DNA from: Candidatus Limnocylindrales bacterium | GTDB lineage: Bacteria; Moduliflexota; Moduliflexia; Moduliflexales; JAUQPW01 | DNA length: 64,000 nt | Assembly: GCA_035559535.1 (NCBI GenBank) | Contig: DATMBG010000015.1 | Coordinates: forward strand, 23,677-87,676 | Reading direction: 5' to 3' | Shown: positions 9,062 through 17,663 of the stretch, piece after piece | Position numbering within the stretch: the stretch's first letter is position 1 | Layout: each line of letters opens with the position of its first letter | Program-made: the position numbers and the translations under genes | The notes under the pieces: model-generated | Database searches by the model: none | Told to the model about the DNA's origin: nothing | Seen by the model: the letters and a program-made list of their open reading frames with translations, nothing else

Positions 9062-9978
9062 ACTTGCTCGGTAATAGGCATTTCTACGGCATGGCGTTTG
9101 GCAAGGCGAACGGCAGCCTGGGTGGTTTTAATCCCCTCTGCAACCATTTGCATCTGAGCGATAATTTCATTAAGCTTTTGCCCTCTACCAATAGCTAACC
9201 CAACCTGTCGATTTCTACTTAACTCCCCAGTGCAGGTTAAAACAAGATCTCCTATACCGGCCAGCCCGGCAAAAGTCAAGGGTTGTGCGCCCATAGCGAT
9301 ACCCAGTCGTGTAATCTCGGCCAACCCTCGGGTAATGAGAGCTGCCCGGGAGTTGGTTCCATACCCCAATCCATCGGAAATGCCCGCCGCCAGTGCAATG
9401 ACGTTCTTCAAAGCTCCTGCCAATTCAACACCTATAACATCCAGGTTGGTATAAACCCGAAAATAGGAGGTTGTAAAAAGATTTTGGATAAACTCTGCCA
9501 CCTCTCTGTGAAAGGAGGCGGCTACAACAGCCGTTGGAAGATGCTGACAAACCTCTCTAGCAAAACTGGGACCGGAAAGAACTCCGATACCGGCTGCCTG
9601 AGGCAGCACGGCGGTCAGAACTTCTGACATGCAAAGAAGTGTTTCGACTTCGATTCCTTTTGTCGCACTGACTACGATGGCTTGTGGGCTAAGATAGGGG
9701 GCATATGACTGGCTAATCAGTCGGGTTACATGGGAAGGAACGGCCGAGATAATCAAAGTTTGTCCTTTCACAGCTTCCTTCAAGGAATGACTCAAAATAA
9801 CCGACTCCGGAATTTTAAAACCGGGGAGGTAAACCGAATTTTCTCGAGTTTCTTTCATTTTTTGGAGAAGTTCCTCCCTACGAACCCATAGAGTTATCCT
9901 GTAGCCTTTCTCCCCTAACAGAATGGCCAGGGTTGTTCCCCAACTTCCGGCTCCTATGATACCAATCGAGTCTATCAT
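8953..9978 (-). CDS. gpsA: NAD(P)H-dependent glycerol-3-phosphate dehydrogenase
   Basis: 341 aa. Rossmann motif IGIIGAGSWGTTLA plus the conserved LKNVIALAAGISDGLGYGTNSRAALITRGLAE block. Confidence 0.92.
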   Translation of the reverse strand: MIDSIGIIGAGSWGTTLAILLGEKGYRITLWVRREELLQKMKETRENSVYLPGFKIPESVILSHSLKEAVKGQTLIISAVPSHVTRLISQSYAPYLSPQAIVVSATKGIEVETLLCMSEVLTAVLPQAAGIGVLSGPSFAREVCQHLPTAVVAASFHREVAEFIQNLFTTSYFRVYTNLDVIGVELAGALKNVIALAAGISDGLGYGTNSRAALITRGLAEITRLGIAMGAQPLTFAGLAGIGDLVLTCTGELSRNRQVGLAIGRGQKLNEIIAQMQMVAEGIKTTQAAVRLAKRHAVEMPITEQVYAMLFEGKNPADAVAELMGRSLKPEHPLLEERMAN

Positions 9979-10123
9979 AATACCTTAATAAATTCGACAC
10001 GAATTCTAAGCTGTCAATGCCAAAATACCCCAAAGTTTTCTTTCTTTCTTAACCTTCCGAATCACTCTATTTGAAAATCCGGTAAGTAAAAGAAAATTTA
10101 TCTGGTTTGAAAGAGCTTTTCTC

Positions 10124-10152
10124 TTGACAATCCCTCTTTTGTTTAATTTAAT
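10124..10152 (+). promoter_or_regulatory. putative sigma70-type promoter of the REC-PAS-GGDEF-EAL gene
   Basis: TTGACA (10124-10129), 17 nt, TTTAAT (10147-10152), about 30 nt upstream of the start codon. Confidence 0.4.
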
Positions 10153-10183
10153 GTTGTGTTTCGTTTAAAAGGGAGATAGAGCT

Positions 10184-12505
10184 ATGAAAGATATCAAAGA
10201 AGCGCTTAAAAATACCAGAGAAGAAATAGAAATTCTCATCGTCGAGGATAGTCCGCTACAGGCTGAGATATTAAAATCCATCCTTGAACAGCACCACTAC
10301 GGGCGTATCTTAGTGGCCAATGACGGTAAGGAAGCTCTTGCCTTAATAAGCAGGCATAAACCAACCCTACTTATCAGTGATATTATCATGCCGGAAATGG
10401 ACGGTTACCAGTTATGCCAGCATATTAAGGCCGATGAGAATCTTAAAGATATACCGGTTATTCTTTTGACAACTCTTTCCAATCCTAAAGATGTGATAAA
10501 AGCTTTGGAATGTGGGGCCAACCGGTTTATCACCAAGCCTTATGATGAAGAGTATCTTCTCTCGAGTATTCAGTCCATTCTTGCGAACCGTCAGTTACAG
10601 AAGACCGAAAAAATACCCATGGGGGTGAATATCTTTTTTTCTAGTGAGAATTATTCTATCACGGCAGATCCTCAGCAGATCCTTGACCTGCTTTTATCAA
10701 CCTATGAAGCCGCCGTTCGAAAGAATCTTGAACTGATTGAGGCGCAAGCAGAATTGGAAGTGGTGAATGAGCGTTTAGAGGAAAAAGTAAAAGAGCGGAC
10801 CACCGCGCTTATTGCGGAAATTGCCGAACGCAAGAAAGTGGAAGAACAATTGCGTAAGCTATCTCAGGCCATCGAACAGAGCCCCAGTATTGTTGTGATT
10901 ATAGACACAGAGGGCCGTATTGAATATGTCAATCCTAAATTCTCTCAAATAACGGGGTATGTCCCTGAAGAGGTCATGGGGTTAAACTTACGCGATTTGA
11001 GTGAACAATCTTCCAAGGAATATCAGCAAATGTGGAAGACCATTACATCGGGGGAAGAATGGCGAGGCGAACTTCGTAGTAAGAAGAAGAATGGAGAATT
11101 ATACTGGGAATTGACGTCGGCCTCGCCTATCAGGAACCCGGAGGGAGTCATAACCCACTTTCTGGTGGTTAAAGAGGATATTACGCAGCGCAAACGAGAT
11201 GAGGAAACCATCCTTCATATGGCTTACCATGATGCTTTAACAGATCTACCTAATCGCTCCCTGCTCAATGATCGCCTGACCCAGGCACTGGCCCATGCGC
11301 GTCGCAACAAGCAGATGCTGGCCGTGATGTTTATCGATCTGGATCGGTTTAAGACCATCAATGATACCTTGGGGCATGCTATAGGAGATCGGCTCTTGCA
11401 AAGTGTCGCCAAACGTCTCGTAAATCTTTTACGGGAAGGGGATACCGTCGCCCGAATGGGGGGAGATGAATTTATTTTGTTATTGCCCGGAATAACCCAG
11501 GCTGAAAGCGCCGCTAAGATTGCCTATAAAATCCTCGAAGCCTTCAAACCATCGTTTTATTTTAACGGTCATGAACTTCATGTGACTTCCAGTATTGGAA
11601 TTGCTCTTTATCCTACTGACGGTGAAGATGCTGAAACGTTATTAAAGAATGCAGATACCGCCATGTACCGTGCTAAAGAACAGGGTCGAAACAATTATCA
11701 GTTCTACACCCCGGCTATGAATGCCACAGCCTTTGAACGATTGATCCTGGAAAATAATCTACGTCGTGCCCTGGAGCGTAAGGAATTTGTGATCTATTAT
11801 CAACCCAAAATCCGTCTCAGCACCGGACAGATCGCCGGAATGGAGGCTTTGGTACGCTGGCAACATCCTGAATTGGGTCTGATTTCCCCGGCAAAGTTTA
11901 TTCCCTTGGCCGAAGAAACCGGCCTCATTGTATCCTTAGGTGAATGGGTACTCTATACCGCGTGTACCCAATGTAAAGCTTGGCAAGATGCAGGTTTACC
12001 TCCTCTGGATCTGGCGGTAAATCTTTCAGCACGCCAATTTCAACAACCCGGCCTGGTCGAAATGATTGCCCAAGTATTGGAGGAAACAGGTCTGGCTCCT
12101 TATTATCTGGAGTTGGAAATCACGGAAAGTATTGCCATGCAAAATGTGGAATTTACAGTTAAAATGCTCCGTAAATTGAAAGAGATGGGAATTCGGATTT
12201 TATTGGATGATTTTGGAATAGATTATTCTTCGCTTGGCTATTTGAAACGTTTCCCCTTACACGCTTTAAAAATTGACCAGTCCTTTCTGCATGATATCAC
12301 TACCAACTCTTATAGCGCCATGATTATCACCATGATTATCACCTTAGCGCATAGCTTAAAGCTTAATGTTATTGCCGAAGGCGTAGAAACCAAAGAACAA
12401 CTGGATTTCCTTAGGCAGCTACAATGTGATGAGGCCCAGGGATATTATTTTGGCCCTCCTATCTCTGCAGAGGAATTTACCCGACTCCTTCAAAAGGAGA
12501 GGTAA
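10184..12505 (+). CDS. response regulator with PAS, GGDEF and EAL domains (c-di-GMP turnover)
   Basis: REC domain (ILIVEDSP...DIIMPEMDG), coiled linker, PAS (SPSIVVIIDTEGRIEYVNPKF), GGDEF (RMGGDEFILLL), EAL (MEALVRWQHP...DDFG...KIDQSF). Confidence 0.92.
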   Translation: MKDIKEALKNTREEIEILIVEDSPLQAEILKSILEQHHYGRILVANDGKEALALISRHKPTLLISDIIMPEMDGYQLCQHIKADENLKDIPVILLTTLSNPKDVIKALECGANRFITKPYDEEYLLSSIQSILANRQLQKTEKIPMGVNIFFSSENYSITADPQQILDLLLSTYEAAVRKNLELIEAQAELEVVNERLEEKVKERTTALIAEIAERKKVEEQLRKLSQAIEQSPSIVVIIDTEGRIEYVNPKFSQITGYVPEEVMGLNLRDLSEQSSKEYQQMWKTITSGEEWRGELRSKKKNGELYWELTSASPIRNPEGVITHFLVVKEDITQRKRDEETILHMAYHDALTDLPNRSLLNDRLTQALAHARRNKQMLAVMFIDLDRFKTINDTLGHAIGDRLLQSVAKRLVNLLREGDTVARMGGDEFILLLPGITQAESAAKIAYKILEAFKPSFYFNGHELHVTSSIGIALYPTDGEDAETLLKNADTAMYRAKEQGRNNYQFYTPAMNATAFERLILENNLRRALERKEFVIYYQPKIRLSTGQIAGMEALVRWQHPELGLISPAKFIPLAEETGLIVSLGEWVLYTACTQCKAWQDAGLPPLDLAVNLSARQFQQPGLVEMIAQVLEETGLAPYYLELEITESIAMQNVEFTVKMLRKLKEMGIRILLDDFGIDYSSLGYLKRFPLHALKIDQSFLHDITTNSYSAMIITMIITLAHSLKLNVIAEGVETKEQLDFLRQLQCDEAQGYYFGPPISAEEFTRLLQKER

Positions 12506-12768
12506 GGTTTATCCCCCCTAACGCCTCATATTTCGCTTCCCTATCCGTCAACAAATTAGACGTTCTGCCCCAGTCATTGACTTTGTCTTTCCCTAAAGAA
12601 ACGCTTGGCATTATTTATGCTATAAAATGGGGTATTCCGAGAGAAGGAGAATGTCTATGGGTCGGAAAAGGGTTACCTGAAAGGTGGATAACCCTGCGAA
12701 GGGGCCTTTAATTCCTATCTTCCACTCTGCAAACGGGAGGAAGGATCAGGAAAAAATGGAACTCGTTC

Positions 12769-12796
12769 TTGACATTCTGAAAATTTTAATTAAAAT
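12769..12796 (+). promoter_or_regulatory. putative promoter upstream of glmS
   Basis: TTGACA (12769-12774), 16 nt, TAAAAT (12791-12796). This implies a ~120-nt leader. Confidence 0.35.
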
Positions 12797-12883
12797 ACGA
12801 CGCTATGAATGACCTGTAAGTCTTTATTCAACTCAACTTATGATTTTAATTGCTAAGTTGTAAAGAATAATAAAAGTATACTT

Positions 12884-12906
12884 CCTTGTATAAAATTTAT
12901 ACAAGG
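12884..12906. promoter_or_regulatory. 23-bp perfect palindrome in the glmS leader
   Basis: CCTTGTATAAA-A-TTTATACAAGG (11-bp arms, 1-nt centre), ending 18 nt before the glmS ATG. Confidence 0.4.
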
Positions 12907-12924
12907 CTTCATGGGGGTAATATC

Positions 12925-14736
12925 ATGTGTGGAATAGCTGGTATTGTCAGTGTCCGAAATATCTCGGATCGACTGTTGCGAAGTATCAAGAACTTAGAAT
13001 ACCGTGGATATGACTCTTGCGGAGTAGCGATTTTAACAAGGGATCGAATTGAAATTCGAAAAGAAGTCGGGACGGTGGAAGAAGTAGATCGAAAAGAAAA
13101 ACTCGCAGAACCCCAAGGTTTTCTTGGCATTTCGCACACCCGATGGGCGACCCACGGTAAAGTCACTCAGGTCAATTCCCACCCTCATCTAAGTTGTGAT
13201 GGTACCATAGCCGTAGTCCATAATGGGATTATATCTAACTACCGGGCTCTCAAAGACGAATTAATCCAAATCGGGCATCATTTTGTTTCTGAAACCGACA
13301 CCGAAGTTATCAGCCACCTTATTGAAGAATATTACAAAGTGGAAGGGGACATTGAAAAATCCCTTATCAAAGCTTTTCAACTCTTAGAAGGAACCTATGC
13401 CTTTGCGCTCATTTCTACCAGAGAGCCAGATAAAATTTTCTGTGCCCGACGGGAGAGTCCTTTGGTTTTAGGGGTTGGTTCGGATAGCATGTTTGTGGGG
13501 TCGGATATTAATGCTTTCGTAGAATTTACCAAAGACATTGTTATTTTAGAGGATGGAGAATACGCCATTATCACCGCAAACAGTTACTCTATTAAGGATG
13601 GAAGCACGGGAAGCCAAATACAACGGAAAGTTCAGACCATTAACTGGAGTGCTGAAGTAGCCCAGAAAGGAGGCTATCCCCACTTTATGCTCAAGGAAAT
13701 CCATGAGCAGCCAGATGTGGTCAAAACGGTTTTGAATTTAGATACCCGGGATATTCAAAAACTGGCCGAGATGATCCTTGAGAGTGAGCGTACCTATTTA
13801 GTCGGCGTGGGAACTACCTATTATGTATCTCTGGCCGGGCAGTATTACTTTTCAAAAATAGCAGGATGCTATTTACCGGCCGTTAGTTCCGATGAGTTTG
13901 AATATGTGGCCGAGGTAAATCCAAATACCTTATTTCTTTGTGCCTCCCAATCGGGAGAGACTTATGACACCTTAAAGGCCCTACGGTACGCCAAGAAAAA
14001 AGGTTCTAAAACCGCTGCCATTGTTAATGTTATAGGCTCCTCGGTGGCACGAGAGGTTAATCATGCCATTATGCAAGGTTCAGGACCGGAAATTTGCGTT
14101 TTAAGCACCAAAGCCGCTCTGGCACAGATTGTTATTTTACTGAGAACCGCTTTAGAACTTGCTCGCTTGAAGGGTTGTGCCTCAGAGCAAACCTTTTCGG
14201 AATACATGAAACAATTAGAACTCCTCCCTCAGATGATTCGACAAATTTTAGATGAGAAAACGGGTAATATTCGAAATATTGCCTATCGCCGGGCACAGAT
14301 CAAAAACTGGTTGTTCTTAGGAAGGGGTATTTACATGGCCGTGGCTATGGAAGCTGCCTTAAAAATGAAAGAGGTAACCTATCAACACGCCGAGGGAATG
14401 CCGGGGGGCTTTATGAAACATGGAACGATAGCTTTAATCGATGATGATACCTATACCCTGGTATTGGTACCTCCCCGTGAAGAAGACGATCTGTATCATC
14501 AGACCATGAGCAATGTGGAAGAAATCAAAGCCCGGAAAGGTTTTATCGTGGGATTCCACCATGGAAAGAGCGATCCTATTTTCGATGAGGAAGTCGTTTT
14601 ACCCGATGCACCTCCTTTGATAGCCCCACTCTTGCAATTAGTTGTAGGCCAGCTATTTGCGTATTTCTCGGCTGTAGCTCTAAAAAGGAATGTCGATAAA
14701 CCCAGATCTTTGGCAAAATCGGTCACGGTAGCTTAA
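12925..14736 (+). CDS. glmS: glutamine--fructose-6-phosphate aminotransferase (isomerizing)
   Basis: Begins MCGIAG (catalytic Cys2). GATase-2 domain, two SIS domains (QSGETYDT) and a C-terminal ...KPRSLAKSVTVA. Start set at ATG 12925. Confidence 0.95.
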   Translation: MCGIAGIVSVRNISDRLLRSIKNLEYRGYDSCGVAILTRDRIEIRKEVGTVEEVDRKEKLAEPQGFLGISHTRWATHGKVTQVNSHPHLSCDGTIAVVHNGIISNYRALKDELIQIGHHFVSETDTEVISHLIEEYYKVEGDIEKSLIKAFQLLEGTYAFALISTREPDKIFCARRESPLVLGVGSDSMFVGSDINAFVEFTKDIVILEDGEYAIITANSYSIKDGSTGSQIQRKVQTINWSAEVAQKGGYPHFMLKEIHEQPDVVKTVLNLDTRDIQKLAEMILESERTYLVGVGTTYYVSLAGQYYFSKIAGCYLPAVSSDEFEYVAEVNPNTLFLCASQSGETYDTLKALRYAKKKGSKTAAIVNVIGSSVAREVNHAIMQGSGPEICVLSTKAALAQIVILLRTALELARLKGCASEQTFSEYMKQLELLPQMIRQILDEKTGNIRNIAYRRAQIKNWLFLGRGIYMAVAMEAALKMKEVTYQHAEGMPGGFMKHGTIALIDDDTYTLVLVPPREEDDLYHQTMSNVEEIKARKGFIVGFHHGKSDPIFDEEVVLPDAPPLIAPLLQLVVGQLFAYFSAVALKRNVDKPRSLAKSVTVA

Positions 14737-14797
14737 TGAGGGTGGGGGTAGGTAAAACGAACAACGTTCCATTCTACCTGTAAGGTAAATAAAACTT

Positions 14798-15562
14798 TTA
14801 AACCTTCCTGGCATATAATACAATAAATGGAGAGAAATTTAACTCATCTTTCCACGGTCGGGAGGGATCATCTGGAAAGGGGGGAATATTTTTATCGGCT
14901 AAAGGATATTCCACCGCGGGGTTTTTAAACCCTGCTTCTTCTGCAAACTGAACGAGGATTTCTCGGGACCAATGGCGTTCCCTTTCCCAAATAAGGTCGG
15001 AAACCAACGACTTACACTTTCGTATATTATCCTTCTCTGCTCTATTCTCTAGAAAAGGTGCATAGGTAAAGGCAGTAAAATCTTCACAGGTCAGTTTATC
15101 GCTTGAGTTGATAACAACAAAATGTCCTCCGGGTTTTGTAATTCTCCCCATCTCACGAAAAGCGTTTTGAAGTTGTTCTTCGGTTTGGATTTCCACTAAA
15201 ACAAGAGTCGTTATAACAGCATCGGCAACTTCATTATCCAAAGGTATCTTTTCCATGCCGTTTTTAGTCACAATTTTTTTATAATGAAATTTAACTTGGG
15301 GAAGCCGATCTTTCAGGTTTTTATTCAAAATTCTGGCTTCCCTTAACATATCCCCGGATATATCTACTCCAACGACCGTACCTCCCTCGTTAACACAATT
15401 CGAGGCCGCTCTGGTCGACTTTCCAGCTCCACAGCCAAAATCAACCAGGTAATGAATCTCCCTTTTAAAGGGCATTAATTTCTCCCGGACTATATGGGCA
15501 GCCAAAAGGTATTGACCCACGAGTCCTACTTTAGCATATTCTTTAGCATAATTCCTGTTCAT
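14798..15562 (-). CDS. class I SAM-dependent methyltransferase
   Basis: 254 aa with motif I VDFGCGAGKST and a downstream acidic loop (VVGVDISGDM). Confidence 0.75.
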   Translation of the reverse strand: MNRNYAKEYAKVGLVGQYLLAAHIVREKLMPFKREIHYLVDFGCGAGKSTRAASNCVNEGGTVVGVDISGDMLREARILNKNLKDRLPQVKFHYKKIVTKNGMEKIPLDNEVADAVITTLVLVEIQTEEQLQNAFREMGRITKPGGHFVVINSSDKLTCEDFTAFTYAPFLENRAEKDNIRKCKSLVSDLIWERERHWSREILVQFAEEAGFKNPAVEYPLADKNIPPFPDDPSRPWKDELNFSPFIVLYARKV

Positions 15563-15904
15563 ACTTGACTGGATCTCTTTATACCGGCTCCTGCCTCTGT
15601 AAGCATCTGATTTTTCAACCTCTAATAAGGGTTTAAGCTCCCGGGAGTTCCTCCCCTGCTGACCGAGAAAGCAAGGAAAAAAACCTCATACTTGATACCT
15701 TTGTGGGAACAGGAAAAATGGGACGAAGGGATAGGTATGAGCATCTGGTGGTACAGGGGCTTACCCTGAAAGGTGTATTGGATGCACGGGAAGCAGGTTA
15801 TTCCGGTTTAAGTTCTGACAATCCCCGAGTTGATCTCTTGGATTTATAGTTACTTTGATTGGGAACCTGCTGCGTAGCTTCCACACAGGTTTTACGAACT
15901 TGCA

Positions 15905-17059
15905 TCAGGTTACCACAAGCCAATATGTCTTTACTTCTTTCGCTCCAAGTTGCCTTTTAAATCTATCCAGATCTTCGACCTCAGACCCACCCAAATCAAC
16001 GTATCTTATACCGTTTTTACGCAAAAGATCGAAAATTCTTAAATAAGAATATTGTGAAATAGCAGTAAAGCCGGTAGGATCATATTTGTGGGAAATAATC
16101 TGATCATCTCTAAGGGCAAACGTGGCATATAAAGCAACCGTGTCTGAATTAACCCTCTCCCCGATAAACAGCATGATGGGAATACGGTCGTTTTCATTTC
16201 TAAGATGTCCCATGTAGGCAAAAAAATCCCTATTTCCTTGATCAAAGCTAGGTAAGTGGTAGATCAAATTAAAATAATCCTCAGGAGAAGACCCCACTGC
16301 GTTTTTTAATGTTTTAAAATGCCTTATGATCAGGTCTTTGGCCTCCTGTTTTTGCTTATCAGGATGGTAGGGTTCTATACAAAACTCCACGTGATTACGA
16401 TGGAGAAAATTTTTAAATCGGTTATAGGCCAGTTTTGCCTTTCTTCTAAAATCCCGACTCTCTTTGCCTTCTAACATTTTGATCACTAAGCTACCCGTAT
16501 TATCATACGTAATAACCTCATCTAAAAGGATGAGACGATGATGGTAGGTTTCGTCTTCACTGTGGGCAAAGGGATGCCATGGGTCGTCTTTTATTTCCGA
16601 GAAACCACTCCTGATGTCCATCAGTTGCCTGTATTTTGTTTCTGAGAGGTGACGGATATAGATAGATGTTTTAGGGATCTCAGGGATTTGACGTACCTGT
16701 TTGATAAAATTATTCACAACTGTAATCCAGGTTTTTCCCCGTGGAGCGATAATGTGAAGATGACCCTTTTCTTCCTCAAAGGTTTTTTTGAAGAAACCGA
16801 GTCCAAAAATATTTTCACCGTCATAGTAGAGCAGGCCCTGAGGGTATCTACTGCTTTCACCTCTTAAATTATAGCCATTGGCATACAGCATTAATCCTAA
16901 AAAGCTGAACCCAAAGGATCCATCTTTAAATTGGTTGATAATTTCCATATCCCGAAAGGTTAAGGGCCTTACAATATCCGGAAAATGATCCATCAAGGCT
17001 TTTTCAACTAGATCTCTCTGTTTTTTTCCTTCAATCAGGTGATTCGTCGATATTTTCAT
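15905..17059 (-). CDS. DUF2156-like protein (homolog of the MprF/LysX C-terminal aminoacyl-PG synthase domain, GNAT-like fold)
   Basis: 384 aa. The C-terminal ...RYVDLGGSEVEDLDRFKRQLGAKEVKTYWLVV resembles the conserved NLGG...L..FK..F tail of this family. Assignment is from memory. Confidence 0.45.
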   Translation of the reverse strand: MKISTNHLIEGKKQRDLVEKALMDHFPDIVRPLTFRDMEIINQFKDGSFGFSFLGLMLYANGYNLRGESSRYPQGLLYYDGENIFGLGFFKKTFEEEKGHLHIIAPRGKTWITVVNNFIKQVRQIPEIPKTSIYIRHLSETKYRQLMDIRSGFSEIKDDPWHPFAHSEDETYHHRLILLDEVITYDNTGSLVIKMLEGKESRDFRRKAKLAYNRFKNFLHRNHVEFCIEPYHPDKQKQEAKDLIIRHFKTLKNAVGSSPEDYFNLIYHLPSFDQGNRDFFAYMGHLRNENDRIPIMLFIGERVNSDTVALYATFALRDDQIISHKYDPTGFTAISQYSYLRIFDLLRKNGIRYVDLGGSEVEDLDRFKRQLGAKEVKTYWLVVT

Positions 17060-17591
17060 AAACGAGAACCTCTTCTCTTTTCACTTAGAAACCGTCTCAA
17101 AATTCAAAAAACAGGGTAGAGAAGCTTCGAGGAAATCCCTTTTGAACTACTTTTGTCCTTGGAAATTCGATTTTTGAGATAATTTCCTAATCTGCAAGTT
17201 TAGCTATGAGGGATCCTGATAGGCTATTAAATCGATTATTCTAAGGAAATATCTGGTTTGTAGGCTGGCTCCCGAGAAAATTAGAAAGCTCGTGGGAAGA
17301 GTAAGAAGAAGGAACAAAGAGAAGAGAAATGGGAGGAATCCCTTGATTATTTCCTTCGGCAACCCTTCTACCATGGTGCAGTGAGCACGTTAGGTACTGG
17401 CTTTCCGTTTCACCCTTTCGAGTGATTTGGCTTTATCGGGAAATAAGCTCTACAAAATAAAATCTCAGCTGTTATTTACAGCAATTCTTTTGCCAAAGCC
17501 TTTTTCTCACCTTGAGGAGAGTTTTTAAGAAGACCTCTGGTCTTACCTGCCCTATTCAGAGACTTAAAGGGAGTGATAATATTTTAATTAT

Positions 17592-17618
17592 AAAAACGTC
17601 TAATTTTTAGACGTTTTT
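17592..17618 (-). terminator. A/T-flanked hairpin downstream of the MCP gene (could act in both directions)
   Basis: AAAAACGTCTAA-ttt-TTAGACGTTTTT, 46 nt past the MCP stop (17664). Confidence 0.45.
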
Positions 17619-17663
17619 AAGGCAAAGGTTTTGAAACCTGGGCTTGTGTCTTCTGTGCTTTCC

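Noticed and set aside
12506-12924. glmS ribozyme upstream of glmS
   Set aside because: I could not find the conserved ribozyme core or pseudoknot sequences by eye. It is reported only as absent pending a covariance-model scan.
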